From: Candidatus Eiseniibacteriota bacterium
Lineage (GTDB): Bacteria > Eisenbacteria > RBG-16-71-46 > CAZAMP01
Assembly (NCBI GenBank): GCA_965224245.1
Contig: OZ245046.1
Span: forward strand, 384,001-448,000
Length of the DNA stretch: 64,000 bases
Reading direction: 5' to 3'
The notes beneath the pieces were generated by a model. That model was not told the DNA's origin and did not search any database. It saw only the letters and a list, made by a program, of their open reading frames with translations. The position numbers and the translations under genes are program-made. Shown piece after piece: positions 8,664 through 16,865 of this stretch. Positions within the stretch are counted from its first letter, which is position 1. Each line of letters opens with the position of its first letter.

Positions 8664-11162
8664 ATGTACCCCCGATCGCGGCTTCACTGGCGGCCCGTCA
8701 GCCGCATCACGTCGCGCGCCACCGCCGTCTTGCTCGCGATGCTCGCCGTCGCCGCCTCCGGCCGCCCGGCCGGCGCGGGCGATGCCTTCACGCTCACGGG
8801 ACACGTCGAGTTCGAAGACGGATCTCCCGCGCCGGGGGCGTTCGTCTCCATCAACGGGCTCGACGTGGCCGTCCACGTCGATGAGACCGGCGCGTTCGAG
8901 ATCTCCGGCCCTGCGGGCCGGGTCGAGACCCTCGTGCTCGACGCGGTGTCGCGCCGCGACGAGATCAGCCAGGTCGCCTCGCTGGAGCTCGACGGTGCCA
9001 CGACTCAGGGCACCATCGACGTCGGACTCGTGAGCCTCGCCCCGACCTGCGACGGTCCGGTGGTCACGTTCGAAGGCGAGTTCTTGCCGGGGCGAATCTA
9101 CGCCCTCGACCGCGAGTACGACACCGTGGTGGCCGTCGGTCGGGAGGAGAGCGACGACGAGGTGTTCCGGGTCTTCGACATCGCCGACCCGGCGAGCCCC
9201 GTGCTCGTGTCCACGATGCCGGTCGATGGATACGTCGACGACGTGATCCTCGAGGGGGCGGTCGCCTACTTCACCGAGTCGGGTGCCGGCGTGCACGTCG
9301 TGGACTGGGCCGCCCTGCCCATGCCGATCTCGCTGTCGATTGCACCGACCGGCCCGACACCGGGGCGCCTGGTGCTCCTGGACGCGACGCACCTCCTGGT
9401 CTCCGACTGGAACATGGGGCTCAGCGTCGTCGACGCCAGCGATCCCACCGCGCCGATCGTCTACCAGTCTCCGCTGGTCGGAGCGTATGGCGAGTACATC
9501 GGCTACCACGCGGTCCGCGACGGGCTCGCCTTCCTGGCCACGGCATCCGGTCTCGAGATCTACGATCCCCTGTCCACGCTGATCCTGGGATCGCTGGCCC
9601 TCCCGGGCGACGAGCCCGCCACCTCGGTGACCCTCGACGACGATCTCGCCTACATCACGTCGAAGGCGGGACTCGCCATCGCCGACGTGGCGGACCTCGC
9701 GGCGCCGGTGATGATCTCGTGGTCCCCCTTGCTCATGAGCGAGGACGCCGACGTCGAGAACGGCCTGGCCTACCTCGTCGGCTCCACGTTCGCCGGCGGT
9801 TACCTCATGATCGTCGACGTGTCCGATCCCATGACTCCAGTGCTGCGCTCCTTGCTCGAAGCGGGCTACCACCATCGCGCGTCGCTTCAGGTCTCGGGAG
9901 GTCGGGCCCTCGTCGCCGCGCTGAGTCGCGATTTCATGTTCGCCGATCTCCGGGATCCCATTGGAAACGGCATCGCCGGGTTCATCGAGATGCCCTCCAA
10001 CCTGAAGCCCACTGCACTCGTGGACGGCATCCTGGCCGGACCCACGCGGTACTACCCCGGGATGGCGTTCGTCGACGTCTCCGACATCCGGGCGCCGGTC
10101 CTGAAGTCCTGGGTCATGACCGGCGACTACAAGAACGACATCGAGATCCACGGCGGGAACGCGTTCGTGGCCGGCGACGGGGGTGTGCAGATCTTCGACG
10201 TCACCGATCCCACCAGTCCGAGCGAGCTCGCGTACATCACGACCGGCTCCCGCACCGGGCAGGTGGACGTGCACGGCGACCTGGCCTATCTCGCCGCCAA
10301 CCAGCTCCGGATCTACGACGTTTCCGATCCGTCCAATCCCGGTCTGATCTCCTCGTTCGGGGTCGGCGGCGTGGCCAACGACCTGAAGATCAAGGACGGC
10401 GTGGCCTACGTCTCCACGGGGCTCGATCTGGCGATCGTCGACGTCGAGAACCCCTGGCTACCGCATCTCATAGGGGAGCGCCCGGGCTCCAGCGCAAGTG
10501 TGGACGTGCTCGACGAGACCCTCCTCGTAGGCGACGAGCTGGGCTACACGGACGTCTACGACGTGAGCGAGCCGGCGAACCCCTCGTTCCTGACGTCGAT
10601 GGAGTTCATCGGAGACCTCTCCGTGTCCGGGAACCGCGTGGCGTCGACCCGGAGCCTCGGCCGTCTCGAGATCTTCGACCTGAGCGACCCGATGGAGCCG
10701 GTCCTCGTCGAGTCGATTCCAGGGTGGGGCTACCTCTACGTGGCGGGCGCGCTGCTCACGCGAGAGAACCTCTACATCGGCACCGGGACCGGCAGCGGCG
10801 CGGCCCGGTTCGCCCTTCAGATCAACGACTTCATGTGCAGGGGTGACGACATCGGGGGCACGGTCTCGGTCCCCGGACAGTCCCTCGAGCCGTTTCGGCT
10901 GGAGGTGTTCGGCGCCAATCCGTTCCGATCCGGAGTCGAGATGGAAATCGTCCTCGGGTCGACGATGCGACTCCATGCCGGCATCTACGGCGTGAGCGGC
11001 CGGCTGGTGTGGTCCGAGTCCGCGACGCTGGCCGCGGGGCGGCACCGCTTCCGCTGGGATGGACGGAGCTCCGCCGGCGAGAGCGCGCCTCCCGGCGTGT
11101 ACTTCATCCGGGTGGAGAGTCCAATCGGTGACGTGACCCAGAAGCTGACGCTCGTGAGGTAG
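8664..11162 (+). CDS. Secreted LVIVD-repeat protein with N-terminal carboxypeptidase-regulatory-like domain and C-terminal FlgD-Ig domain
   Basis: Signal peptide; many L.IVDVSDP repeats; ANPFRS...WDGRS...PPGVYFIRV. Confidence 0.88.
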   Translation: MYPRSRLHWRPVSRITSRATAVLLAMLAVAASGRPAGAGDAFTLTGHVEFEDGSPAPGAFVSINGLDVAVHVDETGAFEISGPAGRVETLVLDAVSRRDEISQVASLELDGATTQGTIDVGLVSLAPTCDGPVVTFEGEFLPGRIYALDREYDTVVAVGREESDDEVFRVFDIADPASPVLVSTMPVDGYVDDVILEGAVAYFTESGAGVHVVDWAALPMPISLSIAPTGPTPGRLVLLDATHLLVSDWNMGLSVVDASDPTAPIVYQSPLVGAYGEYIGYHAVRDGLAFLATASGLEIYDPLSTLILGSLALPGDEPATSVTLDDDLAYITSKAGLAIADVADLAAPVMISWSPLLMSEDADVENGLAYLVGSTFAGGYLMIVDVSDPMTPVLRSLLEAGYHHRASLQVSGGRALVAALSRDFMFADLRDPIGNGIAGFIEMPSNLKPTALVDGILAGPTRYYPGMAFVDVSDIRAPVLKSWVMTGDYKNDIEIHGGNAFVAGDGGVQIFDVTDPTSPSELAYITTGSRTGQVDVHGDLAYLAANQLRIYDVSDPSNPGLISSFGVGGVANDLKIKDGVAYVSTGLDLAIVDVENPWLPHLIGERPGSSASVDVLDETLLVGDELGYTDVYDVSEPANPSFLTSMEFIGDLSVSGNRVASTRSLGRLEIFDLSDPMEPVLVESIPGWGYLYVAGALLTRENLYIGTGTGSGAARFALQINDFMCRGDDIGGTVSVPGQSLEPFRLEVFGANPFRSGVEMEIVLGSTMRLHAGIYGVSGRLVWSESATLAAGRHRFRWDGRSSAGESAPPGVYFIRVESPIGDVTQKLTLVR

Positions 11163-11200
11163 GTGGCGTTCACGGGGATGCGTTGCCGAGCACGAGGTCG

Positions 11201-13393
11201 TCAGCGTGCGAGCAGCGTGATCCGTTCGGTGACCACCGACTGCCGGGACTCAACCTGTACGAAGTAGACACCGGGTGCGACCGCTTGCCCCGTGACGTTC
11301 GTGCCGTCCCAGACCAGAGATCCGCCGTGCGGCAGGCGCTTGCCGTTCGCGAGCGATGCGATGCGACGACCGGTGACGTCGAGCACGCGGACGGTGACCG
11401 GTGTCGTCGATCGGGCGTCGATCCACACACGTGAGCCCACCCTCGACGGATTGGGATGGACCCACGGCGTACGGGCCGGCATCACGGGCTCGACGCCGAC
11501 CCCGATCGTGACGTCGCATGCTGCATCGAGCAGCGTGATCCGTCCGTCGAAGCCGCCCGACGCGTAGACCCGCTCCTCGGCGACGGTGAGGAAGCGGGCG
11601 GGGGTATCCGTCGGGAGAAGCCCGACCGCTCGCGGAGCGGATTCATCGGAGACGTCGAAGATCTGGATGCCCGTGTCACCACCGGCGTAGAGGTGATGTC
11701 CCGCGAGCGTCAGCCCGTGCGCCTCGTGAAAGGCGCCCCCCAGGTTCCAGAGTGGGGATGCCGAACCCGGCGATGCGGTGTCGATCGCCTGGAGCGAGTT
11801 GATCAGGCTCACGAAGGTGACCGGGCCCAGATTGACCGGCGAGCTCGCCTCGAAGAGACGCATCGAGTCCGTGACGAGCGGCGAGGCGGGATCGGTCACG
11901 TCGACGACGTCGAGCCAGTTGCCGCCGGTCACCACCGCCACGCCATCGGTGACGTCCACGCCGTTTCCGGAGCCCGGTGAGAGGGCCGTGCTCGCGTGCA
12001 GCACGAGCGTCGCCGGAACCGCCACGTCGACGACGTGGAGGCTCCCGCCGCCGCCGACGTAGGCCAACCCGCCGTCCACGTCGATCGATCGCGGTGACGT
12101 CGGCAGGGCCAGCGTGCTCGTCACGACGGGTGCGGCCGGATCGGTCACGTCGACGACGCCGAGCCCCACGTCGGCGATCGCGGCCAGGATCAGGGGCCCC
12201 TCGAGATGCACGAGGTCCCGGACGTCGCCGATCGGTATGGTGGCCAGGATGACCGGGTCGTCGGGACTCGACCAGTCCACACTCCTGAGCCCATCGGTGC
12301 GGCCGGAGACGAAGACCGTCCCATCGAGATCCACGACCGAGCCCGCGAAGCCACCCACGTCGAGGGTCGCGTGTGGTGTGGGCAGCGGATCCCCGTCGAG
12401 GGCGAGCTCGAGGACCATGGAGACGTAGGAGCCCCAGTCGCCGCGCGCGACGGGCCGCTGGTCGACGACCGCGACGTCGTACAGCGAGAGCCCCTCGGGC
12501 AGCGGGAGCCGTGCCGTCACCAACGGCTGGGCGGGATCGGTCCCGTCGACTCGACGGACGGTGCCCCCGCCGATGGCGATCAGCTCGGCGCCCAGCATGG
12601 CGACGTCGGTCGCCGGCTCGAGCCACGTGCCGACGATGCCGGGATCGGACGGGTCGGCCAGGTCGACGACCCGGACGCCGCCGCTGCCGTGCGCGAGGTA
12701 GGCAGTGGCCTCCCCGGCGGCGAGATCCCAGATCGGGGGAAGGGGGGAGAGCGTGCCCACCTCCGATGGTGCCGCGGGATCGACGGCGTCGAAGACGACG
12801 AGGGCGTGGGTATTGGCGGTCACCTCGGCGCGGACGACGAGAACGTCTCCGACGACGTCCACGGCGAACGCGTCTCCCGGCACCATCGCATCCCCGGCCG
12901 CGACCGGAGCGAGAGGATCGCTCGCGTCGACGACGAGGAGGTCACCATTTACGATCACGTACAGCCACGTGCCGAGCTGCGCGAGGTCGTTCGCGTGATC
13001 CTCGAGGTCCAGCTCGCCCAGGGCGACGGGCGTTTCGGGGTCGCTCAGATCGGTCGTGAGGATGCGGTAGCGACACCCGTACTTGTCGCATCCCGAGACG
13101 GCGACATGGGCGAGGGTGCCGTCGATCGCCAGCCCCGTCACGGGGGCGCCGGCGTCGAACGAGGACACGAAGCGAGCGGCCGCGCCGACGTCTCGGATCA
13201 CGACGCTGCCGAGACGACCCTCGTAGGTCGTGCCGTACAGGAGGAGGGATCCGGACGAGGCAAGACGCGTGATCGTCGAGCCAGTCGCGAACCCTCCCGC
13301 GAAGCGCTGATGGCTCGGAACGTCGACGCAGGCCGCATCCACGGACGCGGCGAATGAGAGCATGCCCAGCAGAGCGGCGTAGCGCGTCTTCAG
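11201..13393 (-). CDS. Secreted LVIVD-repeat protein with FlgD-Ig CTD (start CTG 13393 or TTG 13411)
   Basis: LVVDASDP/LDVVDVTDP repeats; HPNPSR..WDGTN..APGVYFVQV; GGAGG RBS 5 nt before CTG. Confidence 0.87.
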   Translation of the reverse strand: MKTRYAALLGMLSFAASVDAACVDVPSHQRFAGGFATGSTITRLASSGSLLLYGTTYEGRLGSVVIRDVGAAARFVSSFDAGAPVTGLAIDGTLAHVAVSGCDKYGCRYRILTTDLSDPETPVALGELDLEDHANDLAQLGTWLYVIVNGDLLVVDASDPLAPVAAGDAMVPGDAFAVDVVGDVLVVRAEVTANTHALVVFDAVDPAAPSEVGTLSPLPPIWDLAAGEATAYLAHGSGGVRVVDLADPSDPGIVGTWLEPATDVAMLGAELIAIGGGTVRRVDGTDPAQPLVTARLPLPEGLSLYDVAVVDQRPVARGDWGSYVSMVLELALDGDPLPTPHATLDVGGFAGSVVDLDGTVFVSGRTDGLRSVDWSSPDDPVILATIPIGDVRDLVHLEGPLILAAIADVGLGVVDVTDPAAPVVTSTLALPTSPRSIDVDGGLAYVGGGGSLHVVDVAVPATLVLHASTALSPGSGNGVDVTDGVAVVTGGNWLDVVDVTDPASPLVTDSMRLFEASSPVNLGPVTFVSLINSLQAIDTASPGSASPLWNLGGAFHEAHGLTLAGHHLYAGGDTGIQIFDVSDESAPRAVGLLPTDTPARFLTVAEERVYASGGFDGRITLLDAACDVTIGVGVEPVMPARTPWVHPNPSRVGSRVWIDARSTTPVTVRVLDVTGRRIASLANGKRLPHGGSLVWDGTNVTGQAVAPGVYFVQVESRQSVVTERITLLAR

Positions 13394-13716
13394 GGGCGCC
13401 TCCCTCGCCAAACAGACCCAGACTTCAACGTTTGATGGTCGAGAGTATAGCTCGGCGGGGGCTCAGGTTGCGACGTTCGATTCTCGGGCATCACTCACCG
13501 GGACCATGCCGGCATCCCGATCGGGCTCGCGCGCATGACCGATGATCGCAATCGTCGGGGCGCGCTCCCGGACGCGTGCCGACGGACGTCGGACGCCGGC
13601 GCGCCGACCTGTGGTACCGTGCGAAGCGGTCGTCTCGGGTCTGAGCGCGCAGACGACGAACACGCGAGTCGTCGATCGACCTCGCATCACGAGATCCGAG
13701 CCCCCGTGGGAGTCCT

Positions 13717-13962
13717 GTGATGGAGCTGGCACTGGTGGGACTCGGGACGTTCCTCGTCAACGTCCCGTTCGGCTTCTGGCGCGGCGGTACCCGTCGCTTC
13801 TCGTGGCGCTGGTTTCTGGCCGTTCACGCACCGGTGCCCCTCGTGGCCACGATGCGCTATCTGGCCGGGGTCCACTGGAGCGCGGTCACGTTCCCCATCC
13901 TGATCGGCAGCTACTTCGCCGGCCAGCTCCTGGGCACCCGGCTGTATCGCGCGCGCGTGTGA
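13717..13962 (+). CDS. Small conserved-looking membrane protein
   Basis: Hydrophobic 81 aa with NVPFGFWR..RFSWRWFLAVHAPVP motif; GGGAG RBS. Confidence 0.75.
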   Translation: MMELALVGLGTFLVNVPFGFWRGGTRRFSWRWFLAVHAPVPLVATMRYLAGVHWSAVTFPILIGSYFAGQLLGTRLYRARV

Positions 13963-14101
13963 CCCCGGTGCCGAGCTCGGGGGCGCCCGGGACGTGAGTC
14001 GTCGCCGCCTCCGCGGCGGGAAGGCTCGCGACCCGGATCATCGCGGCGGGTGCCCGGGTCCGGGCACCCGCCGCGCTCGGATACGCATCGGTCGGATCGG
14101 G

Positions 14102-14626
14102 TCAGTGACCGAAGTGCATCTGGAACGTCACGAAGTCGCCGAGATCCACGAAGAAGCTATCGTCGAAATCACCGCAGGGACCCGGCCCGGAGAACAGTGC
14201 CGAGAAGAGCACGAAGTCGGCCAGGTTCACCAGACCGTTCGCGTCGATGTCGGGCGAGATCACCTCCGGGGTCTCCGCAAAGGCGCCGCCCGAGCTGAAG
14301 AACACCACGGGAGCGGTCACGCATCCCCCGGCGCGCACGTTCCAGACGGCGACACCATCGGGCCCCGTGACGGCGGGCACGATGGCCGGCTCCGCTGGAT
14401 GGAGCCACAGACCCGCAGCCAGTGCGGGGCCGAGATCCATGAAGACGGTCTCGCCGGCGCAGGGCACCCCTGCGACGTCGAACGTCGCGCGGATCTCCAT
14501 GTCGCCCGAGGGACACACCGACACGGAAACCGGGGGCGCGGTGACCCCGGTGCAGGCGGCGAAGGCGCCGGTGCCGGTGCTGACCAGCACGCAGGCGACG
14601 CCGATCGAGAGCAAGGTTCGAGCCAT
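14102..14626 (-). CDS. Secreted protein with C-terminal dockerin-like duplicated Ca-binding motif
   Basis: GAGGAG RBS; signal peptide; SPDIDANGLVNLADF and GDFDDSFFVDLGDF. Confidence 0.75.
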   Translation of the reverse strand: MARTLLSIGVACVLVSTGTGAFAACTGVTAPPVSVSVCPSGDMEIRATFDVAGVPCAGETVFMDLGPALAAGLWLHPAEPAIVPAVTGPDGVAVWNVRAGGCVTAPVVFFSSGGAFAETPEVISPDIDANGLVNLADFVLFSALFSGPGPCGDFDDSFFVDLGDFVTFQMHFGH

Positions 14627-14814
14627 GACGATTCTCCTCGCGTTTCGAGTCGCAAGCGGGCAGTCGAACGGGTCCGTCGTCCGTGCGGGTCTTGACGATG
14701 GAGCGGACGGCCGGACGCCCGGTCATACTCAGGAGTGCGGAATCGGAGGAAGATCTGTCACCCCGGGGCTCCGGAATCCTCCGGGCACGGACTCCATCGG
14801 GCCCGGCCGGGTGC

Positions 14815-16794
14815 TCAGTTGCTCCCGAGCCGCCTCCGGAGCGCGTTCACGTCGGGATCGCCGGGCCTCAGCGCCTCGGCGCGATCGAGGTGAATGGAGA
14901 CGGCCTCCGCGTCGCCGGTTGCGCTCGCGAGCTGCGCCAGGAACAGCCGTATCGCGACCTCCTGACCGGGAGCGGGATCGAGCTCCAGAGCGCGCGTGTA
15001 GAACCGGACCGTCTCGGTGGGATGGCCGGTCAGCCCGAGCACCGTGGCGTAGCTGACGAGCCCGCCCACGAGGCCGGCCGGCCAGGGTCGCCGCGCGTGT
15101 GGCGCCAGGAGCGATCGCTCGATCTCACCGCGCCGCGCGGCGAAGATGGCCTGCGCGCGACGGATCACGTCGGCGTTGCCCCGGCGGCGTAACGCGACGA
15201 GCGCGACCTCGTCGACGTACACGATCGACCAGCGCTCGTCCCGGAGCAGCCATCGCACGAGGCTCCGATGCGCGCCGAAGCGATGGAACAGAAGCACCGA
15301 CTGGATGCCCCACTCGTCGGCGAGCTGCTGCCAGCGCGGTGGCTCGCGGAGGCTCTCCACGTAGCGCGAGAAGAACGCCGTCTCGTAGACCTCGGTCCGG
15401 CCGTCGATGAAGACCCCCTGTCCCAGGGGAGGGTCCCAGGCGAGATAGCCGCCGGACGTGAAGTCGTTGAACATGGGACGGGGAATGCCGGTGGCCCGGA
15501 TGAACGTGATCGCGTCGGTGGGGAAGTAGTGCGACAGCATCCCGACGCCGAACTCGCGGGTCTTTTGATTCGAGCGATAGTAGTCGCCCCGTCCGACGAG
15601 GGCACCGCCGAGGCCCAGTCCGATCGCGACGGCGATCGCGAACAGGGGAGCGAGTCGCGTGGCCATGCGCCGGGTCGGCAAGGGGGCCCGCGCCGCCAGC
15701 GTCGCCGAGCACGCGGCGACGAACGGTGCGGTCGTCAGCACGAACACCGCCATGTTCCGGCGCGCCTGCACCGACAGGTACGCGAACGCGACGAAGACGA
15801 GGAGCCCGGCGAGGTCGAACCGCCGGCGACCGGGACGCGAGAGCATCGCGAGTGCGGATGCCCCCGCGACGACCGCGACGGCGAACACGAAGTAGACCCG
15901 GTACAACCGGACGGCCGTGGTGATGCCCGTGTTCGAGAACGGGCTGTCGAGCTCGGCAATGCTCGCGAACGCGGGGATCGAACGATCGATCCGGGACAGG
16001 AGATCGAGTGGGAAGAGCGCACCGGTGACGCCGAACGGGTTCGCCAGCGTGGCCAGGAGCGAGAGCGCCCCCACGATCACGAGCGTGCGGACCGCCACCC
16101 GGTCGGTGCGTCGTCCGGAGTCGCGGCGGACGAGCCGCACGAGCACCGGCACGCCGAGGTAGGACGCCGTCACGATCAACCCGAGCACGAACAGCGAGTG
16201 ACAGTTGACCCAGAGCGCCATGACGGCCGGGAGCAGCCACAGCCGGCGCCGGCGATCACCGCGGGCGGTCAGGTGGATCCAGAGAACGACCTGGAGCAAG
16301 AGGAACGAGATCATCTCCGGGCGTACCGAGAAGCGCTCCTCGGCGACGATCAACCCCGCCAGCGCGAACGGCGCGGCCGCGATCGGGCCCACGCGAGGGA
16401 TCAGGTTTCGCAGCAGCAGCGCGATGGTCAGCGAGTGGCAGAGAGCGGAGAAGACGACGAGCCACCCGGTGCCCCCGATCCGCGCGATCGTGTAGATCGT
16501 CACGTCGAAGAGCCACTGGACGTTCACCCACGGGTGATCGGGCACCGTGAACGACAGGACGTCCGTATCGGGGACCGAGCGGTGCTCCACGATCCACCGC
16601 CCCGTCGCCAGATGCCACCACGTGTCGTTGTTGTCGATCTTGCGCAGCCCGAAGAGCGCTGCGAGCAGAACGACCAGAACCGGGACCAGCAGCAGAGCGG
16701 CCCGACGGCGACGGCTCGTGGTTGCGAGCCGGTCGGGTCCGGCGACGTGTTCGGAGCGTCCACCGTCGTCCATACACGTCCTCGATCGGGTCAT
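14815..16794 (-). CDS. Multi-pass membrane protein (GT-C glycosyltransferase-like) with C-terminal TPR
   Basis: DTWWHLATGRWI first loop, RPE, LWVNCHS, FIDGRTEVY; many TM segments; TPR-like tail. Confidence 0.7.
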   Translation of the reverse strand: MTRSRTCMDDGGRSEHVAGPDRLATTSRRRRAALLLVPVLVVLLAALFGLRKIDNNDTWWHLATGRWIVEHRSVPDTDVLSFTVPDHPWVNVQWLFDVTIYTIARIGGTGWLVVFSALCHSLTIALLLRNLIPRVGPIAAAPFALAGLIVAEERFSVRPEMISFLLLQVVLWIHLTARGDRRRRLWLLPAVMALWVNCHSLFVLGLIVTASYLGVPVLVRLVRRDSGRRTDRVAVRTLVIVGALSLLATLANPFGVTGALFPLDLLSRIDRSIPAFASIAELDSPFSNTGITTAVRLYRVYFVFAVAVVAGASALAMLSRPGRRRFDLAGLLVFVAFAYLSVQARRNMAVFVLTTAPFVAACSATLAARAPLPTRRMATRLAPLFAIAVAIGLGLGGALVGRGDYYRSNQKTREFGVGMLSHYFPTDAITFIRATGIPRPMFNDFTSGGYLAWDPPLGQGVFIDGRTEVYETAFFSRYVESLREPPRWQQLADEWGIQSVLLFHRFGAHRSLVRWLLRDERWSIVYVDEVALVALRRRGNADVIRRAQAIFAARRGEIERSLLAPHARRPWPAGLVGGLVSYATVLGLTGHPTETVRFYTRALELDPAPGQEVAIRLFLAQLASATGDAEAVSIHLDRAEALRPGDPDVNALRRRLGSN

Positions 16795-16865
16795 GCACTC
16801 GGCATCGCTTGTCCGGCGGGCGGCATGCCACCGCCCGCCGGGGATCTCGAACCGCGCGGATCGCG

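Noticed and set aside
13630-13680. Hairpins upstream of the small membrane protein as a riboswitch
   Set aside because: No recognisable riboswitch consensus; GC-rich pairing is expected by chance
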